A stretch of DNA of 32,000 nucleotides from Candidatus Methylomirabilis limnetica (GCF_003044035.1 NZ_NVQC01000009.1:90001-122000), one strand, 5' to 3'; shown: positions 10,219 through 17,698, numbered from the stretch's first letter. Notes: a model not told the origin generated them from the sequence alone. Made by a program: numbers and translations.

Positions 10219-10527
10219 ATGGTGCCACTTTCGTACTACCTGATCCTCAGCGCGATGCTCTTTACCATCGGGATGTTTGGAGCCCTGACGCGCCGCAATG
10301 CTATCGGGGTCCTTATGGCGCTGGAGCTTATGTTCAATGCCATCAACGTGAGCTTCGTGGCGTTTTCTCGTTATCTTCCCCAGCAGATGCTGCAGGGGCA
10401 GATCTTTGCGATCTTTGTCATTACCGTGGCGGCAGCCGAGGCCGCAGTGGGGTTAGCGATCGTCCTTGGACTGTACCGGAACTTTAAGACGATTAATGTC
10501 GATGAGATCAACCTGATGAAATGGTAG
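10219..10527 (+). CDS. nuoK: NADH-quinone oxidoreductase subunit K (operon 1)
   Basis: 102 aa with 3 TM segments. Motifs: [30 protein letters not shown]. Confidence 0.93.
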   Translation: MVPLSYYLILSAMLFTIGMFGALTRRNAIGVLMALELMFNAINVSFVAFSRYLPQQMLQGQIFAIFVITVAAAEAAVGLAIVLGLYRNFKTINVDEINLMKW

Positions 10528-10531
10528 TTAT

Positions 10532-10683
10532 GTTCAAAACGTTCAACGTTCAAGGTTCAAGGTTCAAAGTTGCACCCCATCTTTAACGTTGCAACTCAGT
10601 ACGTAGATCTTTTACCGCGCACAACCTTGAACCTTGAACCTTGAACCTTGAACCTTGAACTTTTTGAACCTTGAACGTTGAAC
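10532..10683 (+). repeat. heptamer-array hairpin element B (nuoK1|nuoL1 junction)
   Basis: The left arm has about 6 GTTCAAG-type units (10532-10575). A spacer of about 50 nt follows. The right arm has 8 CTTGAAC-type units (10626-10683), of which 5 are perfect tandem copies (10626-10660). Confidence 0.85.
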
Positions 10684-10701
10684 GGATAAACAGGGGCTGA
10701 G

Positions 10702-12738
10702 ATGAAACTCGTTGCGCTTGTGCCACTCCTGCCACTGATCGGGTTCCTGATCAACGGGCTGTTCGGTGCCTGGATCAAGGATCGAGCCCATCTGGTGGCT
10801 ATCCCTGCCGCAGGACTGTCATGCCTTGTGGCGTTTATCGTCTTCTTTCAGACGATTGGTGGTGCGACGCTCGATTGGGACATCTATTCATGGCTGGAGG
10901 TCGGCGACCTCAAAGTGCCGATCGGGATTCTGGTCGATCCGCTCTCGACCGTTATGATGCTGGTGGTGACCTTCGTTGGACTTCTCATTCATATCTATTC
11001 GATCGGCTATATGCACGGCGATCGAAGCTTCGCTCGTTTCTTTACCTATCTCAACCTCTTCATGTTCTCCATGCTGGTGTTGGTGCTCGCCAACAACTAT
11101 CTTCTCATGTTCTTGGGGTGGGAGGGGGTTGGGCTCTGTTCATACCTGCTGATTGGCTTTTGGTATGAGAAACAATCGGCCGCGGATGCCGGAAAGAAGG
11201 CGTTCGTCGTCAATCGGATCGGCGATGCCGGCTTCATGATCGGACTCTTTTTCATCTGGAGCACCTTCGGAACGGTGAAGTACACCGAGGTGTTTGCAGC
11301 CGTCGACCCCGCTTTAGGCGCGGGGATCTACACCACCATTACGCTGCTCCTGTTCGTGGGTGCGATGGGAAAGTCGGCCCAGCTTCCGCTCTACGTCTGG
11401 CTCCCAGATGCCATGGAGGGGCCCACTCCGGTCTCGGCCCTGATCCATGCCGCCACGATGGTGACGGCAGGCGTCTATATGGTTGCCCGATCGAACCCCC
11501 TCTTTAACCTTGCGCCTTTCAGCCTCGAAGTAGTGGCCTGGGTCGGCGCGCTGACGGCGGTCTTTGCGGCCACGATTGCGCTGGTTCAGAACGACATCAA
11601 AAAGGTGGTGGCCTACTCTACCATTTCTCAGCTCGGCTATATGTTTATTGGCGCCGGTGCTGGCGCCTACGCCTCATCCGTCTTTCACCTCGCCACCCAC
11701 GCCTTTTTCAAGGCGCTCCTCTTCCTCGGCGCAGGCTCGGTCATTCATTCCCTCCATGGCGAACAGGATATCAGGAAGATGGGTGGACTGTGGAAGGCGA
11801 TGCCGATAACTGCCTGGACCTTCCTGCTGGCCTCGTTGGCGAACGCCGGGATCTTTCCCCTGGCGGGTTTCTGGTCCAAAGATGAGATTCTATTCAATGC
11901 CTATGTGCGAGGGCTGACGATCCCATGGCTCCTGGGGCTGATCGGTGCCTTCCTGACAGCCTTCTACATGTTTAGGCTGTTCTTTCAGGTCTTCACCGGG
12001 CATTTTCGCGGTGACCACCATACCGCCCATCACCTGCACGAATCGCCGCCGAACATGGCGTATCCGCTGCTGGTGCTCGGCGTCCTTTCGGTGATTGCGG
12101 GACTGGCGCTCGGATTCCCCCCGGATCATGGGCTCTATCACAAATTCGTCGCGCCGATCTTTGAGGCCGCCCACGGATCAGAGGCGGCTGTCGGGCATGG
12201 TGTCGGAGAGGCCGCCGAGCATGCGATGGAAGGGGGCACCGGGCATGCGGTGGCTGCGGCTGCCGGGCATGCGGCGGGCGCATCCGAGCTTGTTATGGCC
12301 GCGGTCTCGCTGGCGGTTGCGCTGGCCGGGATCGGCCTCGCCTATCTGTTCTACGTCAAACGGCCGGATATACCCGCGGCGCTGGCGGACAAGCTGCGCG
12401 GTCTCTACAACCTGTTACTGAACAAGTATTGGGTTGATGAGCTATACGAAGCGATCTTCATCGATTTTGGCAAGCGCTTCTGTAGATTTCTGTGGGGATT
12501 CGATTCTCGGGTCGTAGACGGCGTAGTCAACGGGAGCGGCTGGCTGACCATGCGGTTGAGCACGATTTCTGCCTGGGGCGACCTGAAGATTGTGGATGGT
12601 CTGGTCAACGCCATCGCGGATTTGATCCAAGGCGGAAGCATGACCCTCCGTCGATTGCAGACGGGAGCTATCCAAAGCTACATCCTGGCCATGGCGCTCG
12701 GCATCCTTGGCATGGTCGTGTTCTATCTGTTCGTGTAA
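10702..12738 (+). CDS. nuoL: NADH-quinone oxidoreductase subunit L (operon 1), long form with a His/Ala/Gly-rich insert
   Basis: 678 aa. Mrp-antiporter-like motifs: GWEGVGLCSYLLIGFW, GKSAQLPLYVWLPDAMEGPTPVSALIHAATMV. The C-terminus has a lateral-helix region (NKYWVDELYE). Confidence 0.95.
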   Translation: MKLVALVPLLPLIGFLINGLFGAWIKDRAHLVAIPAAGLSCLVAFIVFFQTIGGATLDWDIYSWLEVGDLKVPIGILVDPLSTVMMLVVTFVGLLIHIYSIGYMHGDRSFARFFTYLNLFMFSMLVLVLANNYLLMFLGWEGVGLCSYLLIGFWYEKQSAADAGKKAFVVNRIGDAGFMIGLFFIWSTFGTVKYTEVFAAVDPALGAGIYTTITLLLFVGAMGKSAQLPLYVWLPDAMEGPTPVSALIHAATMVTAGVYMVARSNPLFNLAPFSLEVVAWVGALTAVFAATIALVQNDIKKVVAYSTISQLGYMFIGAGAGAYASSVFHLATHAFFKALLFLGAGSVIHSLHGEQDIRKMGGLWKAMPITAWTFLLASLANAGIFPLAGFWSKDEILFNAYVRGLTIPWLLGLIGAFLTAFYMFRLFFQVFTGHFRGDHHTAHHLHESPPNMAYPLLVLGVLSVIAGLALGFPPDHGLYHKFVAPIFEAAHGSEAAVGHGVGEAAEHAMEGGTGHAVAAAAGHAAGASELVMAAVSLAVALAGIGLAYLFYVKRPDIPAALADKLRGLYNLLLNKYWVDELYEAIFIDFGKRFCRFLWGFDSRVVDGVVNGSGWLTMRLSTISAWGDLKIVDGLVNAIADLIQGGSMTLRRLQTGAIQSYILAMALGILGMVVFYLFV

Positions 12739-12743
12739 TAAAA

Positions 12744-12838
12744 GGTTTCGGGTTTCAAGTTCCGGGTTCCGAGTTGGAGATCCGCGAAAGCGGTATGGAA
12801 TCCGGAACCCGAAACCCGGAACGCGGAACCTGGAACTT
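12744..12838 (+). repeat. heptamer-array hairpin element C (nuoL1|nuoM1 junction)
   Basis: Six units (GGTTTCG GGTTTCA AGTTCCG GGTTCCG AGTTGGA GATCCGC), a GAAA loop at 12786-12789, then seven units (GCGGTAT GGAATCC GGAACCC GAAACCC GGAACGC GGAACCT GGAACTT). This gives a long imperfect stem with several G-U pairs in the + sense. Confidence 0.85.
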
Positions 12839-12861
12839 AAGATAGGAGGACTGGCATTCCC

Positions 12862-14589
12862 ATGAATGTTCTTCAGTTTCCGATACTATCCCTGATGACA
12901 TACCTGCCCCTCGTCGGGGTGTTCTTCATCTCGCTGCTCCCGAAGGAGTGCAAGGGCGGTGTCCGCTGGACTGCCCTTGCCTTCACGATAGCCGACCTTT
13001 TGGTTTCCCTGTGGATCCCTGCCTACTTCGACTCTACGACTGCGCAGATGCAGTTCGTAGAGAAGGCCTCATGGATTCCCTCCCTTGGTGTGACCTATTT
13101 CTTCGGCCTCGATGGGATCAGTCTGTGGCTCGTCTTGCTGACCACTTTCCTCTCCGTTATCGCCGTCATCTGCTCATGGGAATCGGTCAGTATGCGGCTG
13201 AAGGAGTATTACGCCTTTATCCTGATGCTGGAGACGGGAATGCTCGGAGTCTTTTTTTCCCTCGACTTCTTTCTCTTCTATATCTTTTGGGAAGTGATGC
13301 TGGTTCCAATGTACTTCCTCATCGGCATCTGGGGAAGCGACCGTCGCCTCTACTCGGCCATCAAATTCTTTCTGTATACGCTCTTCGGCGGCGTCATCAT
13401 GCTGCTGGGAATCCTGGCGGTCTACTTCTATCATGGCGCCCAGACCGGGATCTACACATTCGACATCCTGGATCTGATGAAGCTCTCGTATCCCTCAACT
13501 CCCATCTTCACGCTGCTGGGCCTTTCGTTCTCGTTCCAGGATCTGGTCTGGCTTGCATTCTTTTTGGGCTTTGCCATCAAGGTCCCGATGTTTCCCTTTC
13601 ACACGTGGCTGCCTGACGCCCACACCGATGCCCCGACAGCCGGCAGTGTCATCCTGGCCGGCGTCCTCCTGAAGATGGGGACCTACGGCTTCATCCGGAT
13701 CAATCTGCCGCTGCTCCCAGAGTCCACCCAACACTTTGTTCCGATGATCATGATCCTGTCGATCATCGCGATCATTTACGGGGCTCTGGTCTGTATGGTT
13801 CAGACCGACATGAAACGGTTGATTGCCTACAGCTCTGTCAGCCACATGGGGTTCATTGTGCTGGGTATGTTCGCCCTGAATCCCCAAGGGGTCCAGGGCA
13901 GTATCATCCAGATGGTGAACCACGGCCTTTCAACCGGCGCCCTCTTTCTCATCGTGGGCCTGATCTATGATCGCCGACATACAAGGCAGATCTCTGAGTT
14001 TGGAGGTCTGTCGAAACAGATGCCGGTCTACGCCACACTGTTCGCCATTATTATGTTTTCTTCCATGGGGCTTCCTGGACTAAACGGCTTCATCGGCGAG
14101 TTTTTGATTCTTATCGGGGCCTTCAAGGAAAATTATGTCTGGGCCGCTTTTGCTGTCACCGGGATCGTGCTCGGCGCGGCCTATATGTTGTGGCTGTACC
14201 AGCGGACCATGTTCGGGGCGCTGGATAACCCAAAGAATGCGGATCTCCCTGACCTGAGTTTCAGGGAGCTGACGACTCTCGTCCCGATCGTCGTCATGTG
14301 TTTCTGGATTGGCCTCTACCCCTCCCCGTTCCTTAGTCGGACGGAAGCGTCGGTGAATTATATCCTGGCACGGGTTCACAAACAGCAGGCCGTTACCGAG
14401 CCTACCCTGAGTAGTCCAGCCACTTCTGGTTCGACACGGCTCACCACAGGCTTCGACAGGCCTGCCATGAGCTTTGTCGAAGGGCTCAGGACGAGCGGCT
14501 GGAGCATCGAAGCTGGTCTGGAGCCCGGGAGATCTGTATTGCCGGTCCAGGGATCTGCCATGGACCACTCCGGAGGGTCTCGTGACTGA
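12862..14589 (+). CDS. nuoM: NADH-quinone oxidoreductase subunit M (operon 1) with a C-terminal tail of about 60 aa
   Basis: 575 aa. Motifs: KVPMFPFHTWLPDAHTDAPTAGSVILAGVLLKMG, and LIAYSSVSHMGF. The AGGAGG SD lies 12 nt before the ATG. Confidence 0.95.
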   Translation: MNVLQFPILSLMTYLPLVGVFFISLLPKECKGGVRWTALAFTIADLLVSLWIPAYFDSTTAQMQFVEKASWIPSLGVTYFFGLDGISLWLVLLTTFLSVIAVICSWESVSMRLKEYYAFILMLETGMLGVFFSLDFFLFYIFWEVMLVPMYFLIGIWGSDRRLYSAIKFFLYTLFGGVIMLLGILAVYFYHGAQTGIYTFDILDLMKLSYPSTPIFTLLGLSFSFQDLVWLAFFLGFAIKVPMFPFHTWLPDAHTDAPTAGSVILAGVLLKMGTYGFIRINLPLLPESTQHFVPMIMILSIIAIIYGALVCMVQTDMKRLIAYSSVSHMGFIVLGMFALNPQGVQGSIIQMVNHGLSTGALFLIVGLIYDRRHTRQISEFGGLSKQMPVYATLFAIIMFSSMGLPGLNGFIGEFLILIGAFKENYVWAAFAVTGIVLGAAYMLWLYQRTMFGALDNPKNADLPDLSFRELTTLVPIVVMCFWIGLYPSPFLSRTEASVNYILARVHKQQAVTEPTLSSPATSGSTRLTTGFDRPAMSFVEGLRTSGWSIEAGLEPGRSVLPVQGSAMDHSGGSRD

Positions 14590-16033
14590 CGCGTTCAACA
14601 TGGCAGACATCTCCACTGCCTCGCCAGAGGTGGTCATGGGCCTGGTGGCCATGGTGATCCTTATGCTCGACTTCATCGCCCCTAAAGGCGGACGAGACTG
14701 GCTGGGATATCTGAGCATCCTTGGCGTGCTTGCCACCTTCACGACCCTGATGGGCCAACGGGGGGCGACACAGCTCGCCTTCAGCGGGCAATACCTCAGC
14801 GATCCCTTCGCGTTCTTCTTCAAGATCGTATTTCTGGTCTCGGCCGCGCTCATTCTGCTCATGTCGATTGGCCACCTGAAGAGCGAAGGAATTGACAAAG
14901 GGGAGTTCTACGGGCTGATCCTCTTCGCCACACTGGGAATGATGTTGATGGTCAGTGCTGTAGACCTCCTGATTCTCTACATCGGCATGGAGACGATGTC
15001 GATTTCCATTTACATTCTCGCGGGATTCCTGAAGCGGGAGCGGCGAAGCGGCGAGGCCGCCCTGAAGTACCTGCTCATGGGAGGGTTCTCCTCTGCGATC
15101 ATGCTGTACGGCATCGTGATGCTGTATGGTCTTACCGGCACCATCGGCCTGAGAGAGATTGCCTCGACGCTGTCAGCAGACACCGCCTCGAATCCGGCGC
15201 TCATCCTGGCCATGGTGATGCTAGTGGCCGGCTTCGGGTTCAAGATCGCGGCGGTCCCCTTTCACATGTACATCCCCGACGTATATGAGGGCGCCCCTAC
15301 CCCTGTAGCGGCCCTCCTGGCGGCGGCCTCAGAGGTTGCCGGTCTCGCTATTCTCTTGCGGGTCTTTCTGGTGGCCATCCCAGGACTACAGGATCGCTGG
15401 ACGTTTCTCTTTTACACCCTATCCTTGCTCACGATGACGGTGGGAAATGTCGTGGCGATTGCGCAGAGCAATATCAAGCGGATGCTGGCCTACAGCTCCA
15501 TCGCCCACATCGGGTACCTGCTGATCGGAGTTGTGGCGGGACGGGAGCTGGGGATCTCAGCCATACTGCTGTATACCCTGATCTATGCCCTGATGACACT
15601 CGGCGTCTTTGCCATGGTTATCCTTCTCTGCGTAGGAAAGGTGAAGGGGGAACAGATCGACGACTTCACTGGCCTGGCTCAGCGAAGCCCCATGGCAGCG
15701 GCCGCCATGTTGATCTTCCTCCTCTCATTGGCTGGCGTCCCCCCGACCGCAGGCTTTGTCGGGAAGCTCTATCTCTTCGGTGCAGCCATCGAAGGAGGGT
15801 ACATCTGGCTCGCGGTGATTGCTGTCATCAATTCAGCCATCTCGGTGTTCTATTACATGAAGGTGGTGGTGGCGATGTACATGCGAGATCTTCCGCCACA
15901 GGGCCTTACCTTGAGTTCTTCCCGGCCTCTGCGGGTCGCGCTATTTGTGACCCTGGCAGGAACCATCGCTATCGGGATCTACCCAGGTCCCTTCCTGGAG
16001 CTGGCTAGGGCCTCGGTCGCCGGACTCTGGTAA
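14582..16033 (+). CDS. nuoN: NADH-quinone oxidoreductase subunit N (operon 1)
   Basis: Motifs: KIAAVPFHMYIPDVYEGAPTPVAA, KRMLAYSSIAHIGY. The proposed start is GTG 14582 (GGAGGG SD at 14571-14576; it overlaps the nuoM stop). ATG 14600 is an alternative. The ORF-track start at 14474 lies inside the nuoM tail. Confidence 0.9.
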   Translation: MTDAFNMADISTASPEVVMGLVAMVILMLDFIAPKGGRDWLGYLSILGVLATFTTLMGQRGATQLAFSGQYLSDPFAFFFKIVFLVSAALILLMSIGHLKSEGIDKGEFYGLILFATLGMMLMVSAVDLLILYIGMETMSISIYILAGFLKRERRSGEAALKYLLMGGFSSAIMLYGIVMLYGLTGTIGLREIASTLSADTASNPALILAMVMLVAGFGFKIAAVPFHMYIPDVYEGAPTPVAALLAAASEVAGLAILLRVFLVAIPGLQDRWTFLFYTLSLLTMTVGNVVAIAQSNIKRMLAYSSIAHIGYLLIGVVAGRELGISAILLYTLIYALMTLGVFAMVILLCVGKVKGEQIDDFTGLAQRSPMAAAAMLIFLLSLAGVPPTAGFVGKLYLFGAAIEGGYIWLAVIAVINSAISVFYYMKVVVAMYMRDLPPQGLTLSSSRPLRVALFVTLAGTIAIGIYPGPFLELARASVAGLW

Positions 16034-16170
16034 AAGACAGTTTCGAGTTGCGAGTTTCGCGTTTGGAGTTGAAAAACAGGTTCCAGGTATCAGGTTGCGT
16101 GTTCCAGTACGTTGAGGACTCTTTGGAGTTTGGGTAACCCGAAACTCAAAACTCGAAACGCGAAACCCGG
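16034..16170 (+). repeat. heptamer-array element D (after nuoN1, end of operon 1)
   Basis: AAAGACA-GTTTCGA-GTTGCGA-GTTTCGC-GTTTGGA-GTTGAAA, then a core of about 60 nt that is also roughly 7-nt periodic (TTCCAGG TATCAGG TTGCGTG TTCCAGT), then CCGAAAC-TCAAAAC-TCGAAAC-GCGAAAC (16139-16166). Confidence 0.8.
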
Positions 16171-16182
16171 TTTGCGCGAGCC

Positions 16183-16211
16183 TTGACAGAGCGGAGGGAG
16201 AGGGCTAGAGT
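16183..16211 (+). promoter_or_regulatory. sigma70-like promoter candidate for atpZ-atpB-atpE (and probably nuo operon 2)
   Basis: TTGACA (16183-16188), 17-nt spacer, TAGAGT (16206-16211). Confidence 0.5.
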
Positions 16212-16232
16212 GAGGCCGAACGCGGCAAGAGA

Positions 16233-16277
16233 AAATCCCCCCAGCCCCCTTTGGTAAAGGAGGGCCAAGGGAGATTT
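16233..16277. repeat. ~46-bp two-segment palindromic element, copy 1 (atpZ 5' UTR)
   Basis: AAATCCCCCC-AG-CCCCCTTT-ggt-AAAGGAGGG-CC-AAGGGAGATTT. It has the same architecture as the copies at 23344-23389 and 27209-27254. Confidence 0.7.
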
Positions 16278-16290
16278 CATCAGCGGGACG

Positions 16291-16506
16291 ATGAAGGACA
16301 ATCAGGTTCGACTGTGGCGTCAGCTCGCGGGGTTGAGCTCACTGGGGATTACCCTTGGCGCGTCGATTGCGATCGGGGCGGCGATCGGGATCGCCTTGGA
16401 TCGCTGGCTGGGGACGTCGCCGTGGTTGATGATTCTGTTTTTTATTTTCGGTGTTGCGGCTGGCTTTACTAATCTTCTAAAAGACCTCAAGCATTGGGGG
16501 AGTTGA
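16291..16506 (+). CDS. atpZ: AtpZ/AtpI-like small membrane protein preceding the F0 genes
   Basis: 71 aa with two TM helices (LSSLGITLGASIAIGAAIGIALDRWLGTSPWLMILFFIFGVAAGF). The position immediately upstream of atpB is typical of this family. Confidence 0.6.
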   Translation: MKDNQVRLWRQLAGLSSLGITLGASIAIGAAIGIALDRWLGTSPWLMILFFIFGVAAGFTNLLKDLKHWGS

Positions 16507-16554
16507 TTTGTTGAGGTTCATATGTGATTTCCCGCAGAATAACGGGGAGGCGTG

Positions 16555-17274
16555 ATGGAGCACCATCCTACATTTATCCAGATTCCTAATTTTCTGGGGG
16601 CGTTAGGGATTCCTGGGGACTGGGTTCCGGAGCAGGTAGCGATGGCCTGGGTTGTGATGGCTATCCTGATCGGCGTTTCGTATCTGGCCACGAGGCGACT
16701 CGATGCTGTGCCCGGGCCGATACAGAACCTCATGGAGGTGGTCGTAGAGACGTTCCTGGACCTGCTCACGCAGATGATCGGGCCCAAGGGGAAACGGTAT
16801 CTTCCCTTGATCGGCACGGCCGGCCTCTTCATTCTCGTTGGGAATCTCCTTGGAACCGTCCCCGGTTTCAAGCCTCCAACGGCGAATCTTAACACCACTG
16901 CGGCCCTGGCCATCACCGTCTTTCTCTCCTATAACTACTTTGGTATACGGGAGCATGGGATCATTGCCTATCTGCGCCACTTCTGTGGCCCGATCCTGTG
17001 GCTGGCCCCCATCATGTTCCCTATCGAGCTTATCGGTCACCTCGCCCGGCCGATCTCCCTGTCGATCCGGTTGTTCGGTAATATCTTCGGCGAGGAGAGT
17101 GTAGTCGCTATCCTGCTGTCGTTGATCTGGTTGGGTATTCCGTATGTCATCTATCTGGGCATCATGATGCCCCTGAGTCTCTTTACCAGCATCGTTCAGA
17201 GCTTCGTCTTTGTGATGCTGTCCATGGTGTATATCGCGGGAGCAGTTCAAACAGAGCACGAGGAGCACCACTAA
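16555..17274 (+). CDS. atpB: F0F1 ATP synthase subunit a
   Basis: About 239 aa. It has the essential Arg motif LSIRLFGNIFGEE and 5-6 TM segments. ATG 16555 follows GGGGAGG; GTG 16552 is an alternative. Confidence 0.93.
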   Translation: MEHHPTFIQIPNFLGALGIPGDWVPEQVAMAWVVMAILIGVSYLATRRLDAVPGPIQNLMEVVVETFLDLLTQMIGPKGKRYLPLIGTAGLFILVGNLLGTVPGFKPPTANLNTTAALAITVFLSYNYFGIREHGIIAYLRHFCGPILWLAPIMFPIELIGHLARPISLSIRLFGNIFGEESVVAILLSLIWLGIPYVIYLGIMMPLSLFTSIVQSFVFVMLSMVYIAGAVQTEHEEHH

Positions 17275-17305
17275 CCCCATCTTTATTCTGAAAGGAGTCG
17301 TGTCG

Positions 17306-17668
17306 ATGAGTCGCACACAAGGAGCGCGTGTTCTACTGTTGGTGATGGTTCTGATTGCCTTTGGATCCCAGGTCGCGTTTGCCGCTGAAGGGGCCAAGCC
17401 TGAGTCCTCAACCTTTTTTGTCGTCTCGGTCTTGACGGGGGGATTCGCCATGGCCATCGCTTCAGGCGCGGCGGCAATCGGCCAGAGTCGGGCAATTGCC
17501 AGCGCAATGGAGGCGATCGGGAGGCAGCCGGCAGCGGCTCCGCAGATCCAGGTCGCAATGATTATCGGTCTCGCGCTCATCGAGTCGCTGGCCATCTATG
17601 TCTTGCTCGTTGCCCTGATCATTTTCTTCGCGAATCCCTTCATCAAGTACATCGTTCCAGGCGCATAG
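17306..17668 (+). CDS. atpE: F0F1 ATP synthase subunit c with an N-terminal signal-peptide-like extension
   Basis: It has a helical hairpin with an RQP loop and the carboxylate motif GLALIESLAIY, and a C-terminal FANPF. ATG 17306 lies 8 nt after GGAG. The first ~28 aa (ARVLLLVMVLIAFGSQVAFA|AEG) look like a cleavable signal peptide. Confidence 0.9.
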   Translation: MSRTQGARVLLLVMVLIAFGSQVAFAAEGAKPESSTFFVVSVLTGGFAMAIASGAAAIGQSRAIASAMEAIGRQPAAAPQIQVAMIIGLALIESLAIYVLLVALIIFFANPFIKYIVPGA

Positions 17669-17698
17669 AGGAGGGTAAAACTTCGGGGCGATGACCGA

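Noticed and set aside
14474-14581. An upstream start for nuoN1 (14474), and likewise 27111 for nuoN2
   Set aside because: The extensions overlap the nuoM 3' ends, and for nuoN2 also a palindromic repeat. They lack NuoN-like hydrophobic sequence. Coupled starts at 14582/14600 and 27273 fit better.
16158-16179. The palindrome CGCGAAAC-CCG-GTTT(G)CGCG as an intrinsic terminator for operon 1
   Set aside because: There is no following U-tract. It is part of the right arm of heptamer element D.
16603-17595. A 330-aa minus-strand ORF, plus similar long antisense ORFs (e.g. 14080-14898, 7048-7843, 9600-10121, 18476-19078, 27468-28106)
   Set aside because: They lie fully antisense to strongly conserved atp/nuo genes. 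They are Arg/Pro/Gly/His-rich with no recognisable motifs. Long open antisense frames are expected at about 60% GC.
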